A stretch of 61,863 nt of DNA, counting the filler, from Basidiobolus meristosporus CBS 931.73 (taxonomy: Eukaryota; Fungi; Basidiobolomycota), in NCBI GenBank assembly GCA_002104905.1. It is 3 parts of 3 records of this genome, joined end to end, with 100 filler letters (N's around TTAATTAATTAA, not from the genome) between each part and the next. Parts side by side here need not be neighbours in the genome. Positions count along the whole stretch, not along the records: positions 1 to 24,762 come from MCFE01000941.1; 2 more parts are not named here. One strand, given 5' to 3'. The stretch's first letter is position 1. Each line of letters opens with the position of its first letter. The position numbers were made by a program, and so were the translations under genes. A model generated the notes under the pieces. It ran no database searches. It had not been told where the DNA came from and saw only the letters and a list, made by a program, of their open reading frames with translations. Shown here one piece after another: positions 1 through 10,975 of this stretch.

Positions 1-456
1 CATTATGCTGGATTCAAACAAGAAAACAGATTTTATGCTTGTATTGTTTTACTAAAAAAGTATCTCAAGAATAGCAGACACCATCAAAGGCGAAAGAACA
101 AGGGAGCAATGGCTAAAAACAAGCAGCTTTCTCCAGAGCCTGTTACAAGCAGGGCCAAAAGCTCCAAGCAAGCATCAAAGAGACATCAGGTAGGTGGAAG
201 AGTGCCAACAGGGGAAAAACAGGCAGACATAGATACACCTGCTCAACATTTATCAAGTAAACAGCGTAGTTCTACTCAAGAAGCACTCAGTCAATGTAGC
301 AGTGAAGGACCTAGCAATGATAAAAATAAGTGGCTACCTCAGGAGCTTTTCACAGCATGGACTGAGAGCTTGGAACAAGCAGGAAAGAAGCATCAGGTTT
401 CCTGCATAGTGCCAGCAAGAGACAAGCAGGCCAAAATAGACTCAACAGTGTTGTAG
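1..456 (+). pseudogene. Fragment of the CACTA accessory gene (ORF-B), ~70-aa repeat region
   Basis: ORF 109-456 (MAKNKQLSPEPVTSRAKSS...RDKQA) is homologous to 1038-1310 and to minus-strand 7144-7515. Bases 1-108 match the HYPGFKWANGFWASIGMLR segment of 7564-8010. Confidence 0.55.
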
Positions 457-1310
457 CAGTCCATTGCAAGACTTGCATGATATTTGAATGGTTGCAATAC
501 AGTCAACATCTGTTTGAGCAGGTCTAAGTGGCCACTACATGCAGATGTCTTATATGGCAAAAAGCTTGAATGCATTTGGACAGCCATGATGCAGATCTCT
601 CATGGCATTTTTGTATCAGTGATGTGGTGTGATGGAGTGGTGGCTTAGATGTGTACCTAAGAGAGGCTATACAGCTCCTGGAATGTGAGGTGTCTGATGT
701 GCGCAATAACCTCTGGACCTACACTGTTAGTGCTCTATCAACATGTCACTTTGGCAAAAGTTCCTACTTTTCTAGCTTCTTAGGTGCTCTAGTGTCTCCA
801 GAAGCCATTGTGCTTCCAGTGCACTACCATGACAAATTTCTTGATGCTCTTTCTGAGGTGACAAAATTTGGGTAAGTCAATATAACAGCTGTATGGCCAA
901 TCTTGTCTATGGGAGGTTTGTAAGCCTACAACAGCTGCCTACAACCCCTATGAAAAATGATCTGGACCAGCATTGGTATGCTAAGAAAGTATCTTAAGAA
1001 TAGCAGAAACTTTCAAAGGTAGAAGAACAAGTGTTCTATGGCTAAAAACCAGTGGCTTCCTCAAGAGCCCATTACAAGCAGGGCCAAAAGCTCCAGACAA
1101 GCATCAAAGAGACATCAGGTGGCTGGAAGAGTGCCAACTAGGGACAAGCAGGCATACAGGGATGCACCAGCACAATATATATCAAGGAAAGAATGTAGTA
1201 CCACTCAAAAAGCACCCAGTCAAAGTTGCAGTGAAGAACCTGGCAGTGATAAAAACCAGCTGCTTTTACAGGAGCCATCACAACTACAGTTGAGAGCTCA
1301 AAACAAGCGG

Positions 1311-3627
1311 TGTAGTGGGGTCACAGTGACACCCACTGACAGATGTGCTCATTCCTATATTTTCTACTCCTCTATTTCTCTACTACCCTTATTTTAGTTT
1401 TATCCCATTTGTCTTGCCTGATTAGTACTATCCCATAATCCAGTTGACTATCACAACTGCTTACCTTATTGCATCAGTTATCCCCTACTTTAAGTAAGAT
1501 TACTAGCAGTAAGGGCTTCTACTTTAGGCAACTACCTGTGCCAGTACCTGTGACACATGATCAACCTATGTCACCATCTGTGGTAATGGAAAGTATTCCA
1601 TTACTACAATATCTCTAAACCAATATTGCACTCATTTCTTTATTTTGCTTTTTGCTGTTGTAACACACAAGTGAAAGATCAAGAATTTCCAACTTTGAGG
1701 TACAAATGCTCCAGACCCTGACAAGCAGTCCACCCAAGAATGCTATGTCATACAGAACATGTAGTAGCCAGCACATGTTTCAAATTACAGCTTATTTGAA
1801 GCAGTACTTAAGGAGTTATGACCAAAAGAGCCCAATTATTATATATACTATGCCTTATTGCTAGGATTACTATGGTGACTTTGATTGCATGTAACTTTTG
1901 AACCAGCAGATCAAATCACGTGGAATTTTCACAGGTGCTGCGCCTATGTCTGATCTGCGCCACTGCAAAACTTTAGCTTTGTATCATGTGTATTGCTTGC
2001 GCAATCACCCCAAAAGCTTTGATCCTTCAAAATTTTCATATGTATGACTTCCCCAGCTGAAAAATAAAGAGAGAGCCTCTCTTTCCAGAATCTCCACACA
2101 ATGATTACAAGTTTAAAGGTTATAAGACTTCCCCTGCATCACTTGCACTGTTGAGTATTCTGACTTTGATCAGTACTACATCAGTAAAGAGACTGCAAAG
2201 CTCACAAGAATCCAATCTAAGTTCTACAAGAAACTACCACTTTTCTGTTGGAAAAGTCCCCTCTAAGAAACCCCTTTACTCTAAAGACACCCCTTTAGAC
2301 ACCCCTTTAGTCTAAAGACCCCTTTAGAGACCCCTTTAAGAAACCCCTTTACTCTAAAGAAGCCCCTTTAGGCACCCCTTTAGTGTAAAGTCCACTTTAG
2401 AGACCACTACAAGAAGCCCCTTTACTCTAAAGACACCCCTTCAGACACCCCTTTAGGTCTAAAGAACCCTTTAGAGACTTCTACAAAACACCTCTTTAGG
2501 TTAAAGGGGAGTTCATAATTTCCCTATTAGGAAATATCTTCTCAGAAAGGAAAGTGACTTCCAAATAAGGAAAAGTTACTATAAAAGTAAATAAGCCCAT
2601 TAGTCAACAGAAGGTCAGAACACTGCTGTAGAAGTGATAAATACTGCCTACAGTATATTTTGAGCCTAAGATTGAGGAAATTAGTGAAAGTTTTATCTTC
2701 TATTGGTATATCAAACTCCCAATAAACTATTTCAGTATTAGCATACTGGAAGCTGTTGTATATTGTTGATTAGCCTCTACATTGTAGAACAAGCCCCAAA
2801 CTAATCATAATACAACACAACACGTCCCTACCATTTCCATACCATATATGGTATCCCTATGTTACACAGGTTTCAGGGTACTGTTTCCTGATTGGTTAGA
2901 TGTGCTGTGCCACTTAAAACCTTCTGGCACCTACTTAGAACATTTTTAGGTCATTTGGATGTCATTAAGAATTGTGTTGATATCCAAAACCTTCTAGAAC
3001 TCCATGATTAGTAATCACATAGCCAGTAAGAAAAGTATATAAGTGAGGCTATCCCTAACAATCAATCATCATCCCTTTTATCAATATACCAACTTGTGGA
3101 TTTGTGTGATCACTGCTACCTGCTGCCACCTGAACTTCCAACTGCAGACCACAGGACACTCCCAGGAAACCATGCTGACAGCCAACTGACCTTGGAGGCA
3201 CTACTTGTGAGGAATACTCAGAGTAGGTATCTTTTATTACATTTGATTCTTTCCCAAGTTTGTTCTTGTACAGGCAAAGATACTTTCTGTCTTTGTAACT
3301 ATTGACCACAGCCGCATTCTCATCAAGTCCCTGCTGGTGGAGCTTACAGTTGTTTTGACTTTGGAAGCTTTAGTAAGTTGTCATCTCAAAGGATGCTGAA
3401 CCCAGCACATACTTTTGCTAAGATGCCAACTAAGTTGGGGATTGCAGCTCAATAGTTTCCCCTTGACAAGCGTGTGGCTTTATTCCCTGTCACATTAGAT
3501 TAGAAACAGAACCAAAGTATTTTCTAGCAAGCTTTTGCCAGCATTTATTGCACCCAGCAAACACCCCACACACAAATACTTGAGAAGTGTTGGAAGTATC
3601 TCTCCCTTGGACCTATACTCCACCACA
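1311..3627 (+). mobile_element. 2.3-kb non-coding element with TGT...ACA ends, copy 1
   Basis: Starts TGTAGTGG, ends CCACCACA, flanked by GCGG (1307-1310) and GCAG (3628-3631). Removing it rejoins ORF-B sequence (CAAAACAAGC...GAAAAGAAACATCAGGTTGCCAGAAGAG). Near-identical inverted copy at 7930-10215. Confidence 0.75.
2258..2507. repeat. Imperfect tandem repeats of CCCCTTTA(G/C)-containing units inside the 2.3-kb element
   Basis: Repeated AAGACACCCCTTTAG / CCCTTTACTCTAAAG motifs; mirrored at ~9055-9270 with a different copy number. Confidence 0.8.
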
Positions 3628-4806
3628 GCAGAAAAGAAACATCAGGTTGCCAGAAGAGTGCCAGCAAGGGACAAGCAGGCCCAAACTGATGCATCAGAGC
3701 AGAATTATATCCAGGAGAAAACGTAGTTCCTCACAAGAAGCACTCAGACAAAGTAGCAGTGAAAGACCTGGCAGTGACAAAGGAAAAGGTAAAGAAAAAA
3801 AGGTCTACCCAAGTCTGAGACAGGGAGGCATGCAAAAAAAATTGCGGTTCTCACCAATTAGCACCCCAAGCCAGGAATAGATTGAATCCCATCATAGCCA
3901 AGAAGAATTACCAGCAAGAAAACAGCTGTTTTCACAAGGGTTGGAAGCGCAGCCAGTTGGGCTACACTCCAGCAAGGTAGATGAGTTTGCTGAAAAAGGC
4001 AATCTATCTATCATAGCCTCCACGTCCTCCATTGATGACAGACTGGAGATCCCACTGACAGACAAGGCTACAATGTCAAGAGCTCAAGAGACTATCAAAA
4101 TGCATTCATTGGAGTTTTGGAACATTAATAGGCACACCAAGAGGTTTCAGCACATTTCCAAGAGCAGTGCTCAAGAAAATGCACTGGAATGTTGCAGGGA
4201 TTTATTGCAAAGACTGGCAGATGAGGTGCTAGACCTTGCAGTGCCATCTGAAGGCAAGGGCATGTGGGAACCAGTTAATGAACAGTGGCATAAAGCCATT
4301 GGGTTCCTTCCAAAGTTGTGGAACCAGAGCATTACAGCAGAAATACACATTGAGTGGTGGATTTTGATAGAGTTACTTGTTGAGTGTGGGGTTAGGCATA
4401 AAGTTAGTATAGGGTATAGGGACTTGCATAGGTCAACACAATTAGCAAATGAGGTACAACTGAAGTTTCAACAAAAATATATCAATTCAAACAAATGAAA
4501 AGAGAAATGGTAGAGTCAGGAAGTAAGGAGTGTGAAAAAGAGGCAATAGCCAATCAATTTGCACAAATGTAGGAGGCAATAGAGTGTCTGGGACCAGAAA
4601 GTGAGCAAATTGGCAGGGAACCAATCAAAGCCACTTATACATTGTTGTGATGAAAAATTTTGACCAAGTTTTTAGTGAAATCTGGGGTGCAATTATTTTT
4701 CAATGGTCTCTGGACAGTGTCCTGATGGGATCAGTACCTCTTAGTCACAGGACTTTAACTTTGTGACGGCCTTCTGAAGGGATTATCTCAATGATTTTTG
4801 ATAGGG

Positions 4807-6557
4807 ATGTGTTAATAGTTGAATAGCATTCCCATCAGAGAATGCCACCATTGCAAGGCGTCCAACTTGTCAGTAATCCACCACTATTAGGGGAAAACAT
4901 TGTTCACACTCCAGATAATTTCTGGCAATACCCCATCTAAAGAAGCTCATGTAGTCCATCAAATATTGTGAAGCTATAAAGTACTGCACCCAGTATCAAT
5001 CAAGTAGAAACAAATCTGACATATTTGATGGCAAACATTACAAACAGCCAAGAAACCACAGCTACTTTATACTTTTACCTCAAGTACTTCTCATGGGCTC
5101 CAATCAATATTATGTGCATATGCAACAATACAAATGCAAATACTGGATAAACTGGATAAGTACTTATTCAAGTGGTCTTCTGAAGTCATTTCTGCCAACA
5201 GTACACTGGAAGTATTGGGATTTATATGTGGGCATGGTAGGAATGTTTATCCAGAAGTGGATCACCAATGGCAACTTGATGAATCTACAGCTTTTGTGCA
5301 AAGAGTTTGTGACAGAATTTGAGTGGCTATACTACAAAAATAAACCTGAATGTGTAGATCTCTGATACTACTTTATCCGTTTGCTACTTCATCCTGCTTA
5401 GTGTGTTGAGAATATTGGACCTTGCTTCACCTTTTGGGAGTTTCCTATGGGGTGATTGTATGGGGAGATAGGAAGAGAATTCATGTTGCAGGTGTTGTAA
5501 AAGTTTGTAATTCCACCTAAATATTCACCTAGCTTTGTCATTTAGATCAGTACCTTCAAATTCTAGAGAATACTGACTAAGTTCCTTGTTGGGATCTACT
5601 TGGAATATTTTCACCAAAATACCAGGTACCCAGAACATGAAAATTTTCAAAAGTTTGCCATGCCAAGACCATGTTAAAGTATAAATACTACTTTACATTC
5701 AATAAATCATTAAGTGAGAACCATATAATCTACTTGTCCTCCCAATCACTTCCAATATCTCCAAGACTCTTACAACAGGAGGTGCTACCATATCCAAATC
5801 TGATCCAGAATATTACCTTCAAGTTTGTCATGAATGTAATGAGTTGGCATAAGAAGGACAACCAGGAAGAATTGGAAAATACTGAGGACAGATGTGCACA
5901 TGGAGACACCTATGCCTATAGCATCAAGGAGCTAAGCAGCCCCAATCTGTGGGTAATCAGTTAAGTAATGAAAAGTTGTGTTAGGTGCAACATGTAACTA
6001 ATCTTTATCTGGAAAACTCTACCAAGGTATGCTGGATTTCTCTTGGGCACAAGCCAATTTCTACACCATTCAATATGGAATTCACACAAACAAGAGCCAG
6101 AATGCACCTATCAGGGGGACTAGAATCCAGCAGGGGGAAAGAATATATTGGCTAAATACCAAAAATTTCTTTGCAGATATTCCAGATGTATTCATGGCAG
6201 AAGTGGTAGCAACCAAGCATATGTTTGCAAGATGTATATGTTACCAGCAATACAAGGTATATGACAACTTTGCAAGCACCACACTAAAAAGCCATAAAGT
6301 TGAGGAGATAGAAGTATGTCAATTGCAGCAGGTGTGTGTGTTTGTGAAGGTTAGTAAGCAGGGGGCCATAGTATTTTTTGACTCAAGCAAATGTGAAATA
6401 TCCAGGTTAGTAGTGGGTAAGCAAATGGAGAGGGGTGATGCTACAGTAGAATATATGAATTGCCCAAGAGGAGGTATAAAAAGGAAATACCATTTAGTAG
6501 ATTGGTAAAGTGGCATTATACAGAACTAGCCGCAGGCAGCCATACTGTTGTGTTAAT
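4807..6557 (+). pseudogene. Degenerate CACTA transposase (Transposase_21/DUF4218-like), copy A; continues at 14149-14478
   Basis: Colinear with 11640-13790 (e.g. VLPYPNLIQNITFKF, WAQANFYTIQYGIHTNKSQ) with many stops and internal deletions. Interrupted by a solo LTR and by element 6558-14144. Confidence 0.8.
5493..5777 (+). mobile_element. Copia solo LTR (internally deleted)
   Basis: TGTTGTAA...TTACAACA, homologous to 57528-57877. Flanked by GCAGG/GGAGG (5-bp TSD, 1 mismatch); the uninterrupted paralog at ~13021 reads TTGCAGGTACTACC. Confidence 0.85.
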
Positions 6558-6887
6558 CCCTATGAAAAATTATTGGGATGATCCTGTCAAAAGGCTGTCA
6601 CAAAGTTAATGTCACATGACTGAGAGGTACTAATCTTGTCAGGACACCGTCCAGAGACTTTTGAAAATAATTGCACCCCAAATTTCACAAGAAACTTCAT
6701 CAAAATTTTTCATCACAACAATATATAAGTGGCTTTTGATTGGTTCCCTGTCAATTTGCTCACTTTCTGATCCCAGACACTCTATTGCCACCTATGTTTG
6801 TGTGAATTTATTGGCTATTGCCTCTTTTTCACACTCCTTACTTCCTGACTCAACTGTTTCTCTTACTTTTCATTTGTACAATTTGAT

Positions 6888-9800
6888 TTATTTCAGTTGA
6901 AACTTCAGTTGTACCTCAATTGCCAATTGTATTAACCTATACAAGTCTCTATACCCTACGCTAGCATTAAGCCCAACCCCACACTTAACAAGTAACTCCA
7001 TTAAAATTCACCACTCAATAAGTATTTCTGCTGTAACAGTCTGGTTCCACAACTTTGGCGCAAACCCATTGGCTTTATGCCACTGTTCATTCACTGGTTC
7101 CCACACGTCCTGGTCTTTAGCCAGCACTGCAAGGTCTAGCACCTCATCTGCCAGTCTTTGCAATAAATCCTTCCAATATTCCAGTGCGTTTTCTTGAGCA
7201 CTGCTCTTGAAGAAGCTCTTCTGGCAACCTGACATTTCTTTTCAACTTGTTTTGAGCTCTCAACCATAGTTGCAATGGGCTCCTGTAAAAGTGGCTGGTT
7301 TTTATCACTGCCAGGTACTTCACTGCTACTTTGACTGGGTGAGTCTTGAGTGGTACTTGCTTTTTCCTTGATAAATGTTGTGCTGGTGCATCCATGTCTG
7401 CCTGCTTGTCCTTAATTGGCACCCTTCCAGCTGCCTGACATCTCTTTAATGCTTGTCTGGAGCTTTTGGCCCTGCTTGTAACGGGCTCTTGAGGAAACCG
7501 CTGGTTTTTAGCCATGGCACCCTTGTTCTTTGGCCTTTGATAGTTTCTGCTATTCTTAAGATACTATCTTAGCATACCAATGCTGGCCCAAAATCCATTT
7601 GCCCATTTGAATCCAGGATAATGCTCATAGAACAAGTCAAGTGCATTCTGCTTGGCCTTGTGTTCCTGACGGTCCCATGATATGCCGGCCTTAAGGTGAT
7701 GGCATGCTACACTTCTGACAGCCTCTTGTATATTAGCCCACTCTTCATTGTTCCACTCAATGGCTTCACGGATCTTCAAAGTCTTTTGATTTTTAGGCTT
7801 TGGTATAAACACCACATTGTCTCCCTCCCATGCTGTGATAGGTCTTTCTGTGGGCTTTATCTTTGGGCACTGTTGTTGTGCTTCAAAGACTGTATGGTGT
7901 TCCTCTGCTGTTACATTGGGAAATGGCGCTGTGGTGGTGTATAGGTCCAAGGGAGAGATATGCCCAACACTTCTCAAGTGTTTTGTGTGTGGGGTGTTTG
8001 CTGGGTGCAATAGCCTCTGGCAAAAGCTTGCTAGGAATACTTGGGTTCTGTCTCTAATCTAATGTGAAGGGGAATAAAGCCACAAGCTTGTCAAGGGAAA
8101 ACTATTGAGCTACAATCCCCAACTTAGTTGGCGTCTTAACAAAAGTATGTGCTGGGTTCAGCATCCTTTCAGATGACAACTTACTAAAGCTTCCAAAGTC
8201 AAAACAACTGTAAACTCCACCAGCAGGGACTTGATAAGAATGCGGCTGTGGTCAATAGTTACAAAGACAGAAAGTATCTTTGCCTGCACAAGAACAAACT
8301 TGGGAAAGAATCAAATGTAATAAAAGATACCTACTCTGAGTATTCCTCACAAGTAGTGCCTCCAAGGTCAGTTGGCTGTCAGCATGGTTTCCTGGGAGTG
8401 TCCTGTGGTCTGCAGTTGGAAGTTCAGGTGGCAGCAGGTAGCAGTGATCACACAAATTCACAAGTTGGTATATTGATAAAAGGGATGATGATTGATTGTT
8501 AGGGATAGCCTCACTTATATACTTTTCTTACTGGCTATGTGATTACTAATCATGGAGTTCCAGAAGGTTTTGGATATCAACACAATTCTTAATGACATCC
8601 GAATGACCTAAAAATGTTCTAAGTAGGTGCCAGAAGGTTTTAAGAGGCACAGCACATCTAACCAATCAGGAAACAGTACCCTGAAACCTGTGTAACATAG
8701 GGATACCATATATGGTATGGAAATGGTAGGGACGTGTTGTGTTGTATTATGATTAGTTTGGGGCTTGTTCTACAATGTAGAGGCTAATCAACAATATACA
8801 ACAACTTCCAGTATGCTAATACTGAAATAGTTTATTGGGAGTTTGATATACCAATAAAAGATAAAACTTTCACTAATTTCCTCAATCTTAGGCTCAAAAT
8901 ATACTGTAGGCAGTATTTATCACTTCTACAGCAGTGTTCTGACCTTCTGTTGACTAATGGGCTTATTTACTTTTATAGTAACTTTTCCTTATTTGGAAGT
9001 CACTTTCCTTTCTGAGAAAATATTTCCTAATAGGGAAATTATGAACTCCCCTTTAACCTAAAGAGGTGTGTTATAGAAGTCTCTAAAGGGTTCTTTAGAC
9101 CTAAAGGGGTGTCTGAAGGGGTGTCTTTAGAGTAAAGGGGCTTCTTGTAGTCGTCTCTAAAGTGGACTTTACACTAAAGGGGTGCCTAAAGGGGCTTCTT
9201 TAGAGTAAAGGGGTTTCTTAAAGGGGTCTCTAAAGGGGTCTTTAGACTAAAGGGGTTTCTTAGAGGGGACTTTTCCAACAGAAAAGTGGTAGTTTCTTGT
9301 AGAACTTAGATTGGATTCTTGTGAGCTTTGCAGTCTCTTTACTGATGTAGTACTGATCAAAGTCAGAATACTCAACAGTGCAAGTGATGCAGGGGAAGTC
9401 TTATAACCTTTAAACTTGTAATCATCATGTGGAGATTCTGGAAAGAGAGGCTCTCTCTTTATTTTTCAGCTGGGGAAGTCATACATATGAAAATTTTGAA
9501 GGATCAAAGCTTTTGGGGTGATTGCGCAAGCAATACACATGATACAAAGCTAAAGTTTTGCAGTGGCGCAGATCAGACATAGGCGCAGCACCTGTGAAAA
9601 TTCCACGTGATTTGATCTGCTGGTTCAAAAGTTAAATGCAATCAAAGTCACCATAGTAATCCTAGCAATAAGGCATAGTATATATAATAATTGGACTCTT
9701 TTGGTCATAACTCCTTAAGTACTGTTTCAAATGAGCTGTGATTTGAAACATTTGTTGGCTACTACATGTTCTGTACGACATAGCATTCTTGGGTGGAATG

Positions 9801-10753
9801 CTTGTCAGGGTCTGGAGCATTTGTTCCTCAAAGTTGGAAATTCTTGATCTTTCACTTGTGTATTACAACAGCAAAAAGCAAAATAAAGAAATGCGTGCAA
9901 TATTGGTTTAGAGATATTGTAGTAATGGAATACTTTCCATTACCACAGATGGTGACATGGGTTGATCATGTGTCATGGGTACTGGTGCGGGTACCTGCCT
10001 AATATAGAAGTACTTATAGCTAGTAATCTTACATAAAGTGAGGGGTAACTTATGCAATAAGGTAAGCAGGTGTGATAGTCAACCGGCTTATGGGATAGTA
10101 CTGATTGGGTAAGACAAATGGGATAAAACTAAAATAAGTGTAGTAGAGATATAGGGAAGTAGAAAATAAGGGAATGAGCACATCTGTCAGTGGGTGTCAC
10201 TGTCACCCCACTACAGCGCAATTCTTGGCTGTGACATTGAGCTACTTGAGTTTCTTCTTTGCAGCATAGATACTGCTTTCTCTACCTGAGATATTGATTG
10301 CTCTACACATATTATCCGCTCATCCTGTTTCTGGACTACTTCCTGATTTCTCTGGGCCATTGCATCTATGCTACCAGCCACTGCACCTAATTGCTTCATT
10401 AACACTTTGGTATGAGCTGACAACATACTTGCTAATATGGGTGGTGGTGATGTTATCATGGCCACTTGCTGAACTTTAACTGAGGGTACCGCATTTGCTA
10501 CATTCTCATCTGCCTGAGCATAACAGTCAGCTTGTGGCTCTGCAGAGGTTCTCAATTGCCTACTTGACTGAGAGCCTGAGGAGTCCGCATTGTTACCTTC
10601 AATGGGCACACTGTCCACAGGGCCTTTTTTAGATGAAGCCCTGCTTGTTGCACTGAGTGTCAAAGCAAGCTGTTGTCCAACCGTTCTTCTGTTGCCATCA
10701 GTGGCGGGGTTTGGTTGAAAACCAGACAACTTTGCTTTATTTTTTGGCAGCAT
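6888..10753 (-). pseudogene. CACTA accessory gene (ORF-B), split by the 2.3-kb element
   Basis: ORF 10753-10216 (...SQPRIA) joins in frame to ...PFPNVTAEEHH (7564-8010 frame) when 7930-10215 plus one GCGC is removed. It continues through an in-frame stop at 7564 into the MAKN repeat and the LQRLADEVLDLAV...WHKA segment. Confidence 0.7.
7930..10215 (-). mobile_element. 2.3-kb non-coding element with TGT...ACA ends, copy 2
   Basis: Plus-strand ends TGTGGTGG (7930) and CCACTACA (10215), perfect GCGC TSD at 7926-7929 and 10216-10219. Inverted homolog of 1311-3627. Confidence 0.85.
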
Positions 10754-10975
10754 ATATATGGAACTGAGTCAAACCAAAGGGGAAAGAGTGTTACATATAC
10801 GTGTGTATGTGGTGCCACAACTTTATTTATAATGCTTACTATGGCAGGTCGTCATTGAATCTTACATTCATGTAGGTGCAATGTCTCAAATACAAGACTG
10901 TCTTAAGTTCACACAAGTATTGACCAAAATGTGATATAATAGCATTACATTGATGAAGGTCAAACTGTTTGCCCC

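Larger units (their letters stand above)
946..4806 (+). mobile_element. Non-autonomous CMC/EnSpm (CACTA-type) derivative carrying ORF-B remnants
   Basis: Ends CCCTATGAAAAATGAT (946) and ATGATTTTTGATAGGG (4791-4806) are inverted repeats (14/16). The interior is an inverted homolog of 6558-7600. No TSD seen. Confidence 0.6.

Noticed and set aside
393-706. Ankyrin-like ACSGHLDLLKQM on the minus strand
   Set aside because: A single weak motif in decayed sequence, insufficient for a call.
1311-1608. Solo LTR call for the TGTAGT...ACTACA segment
   Set aside because: No TSD around it and no PBS or PPT; the TSDs bracket the whole 2.3-kb unit instead.
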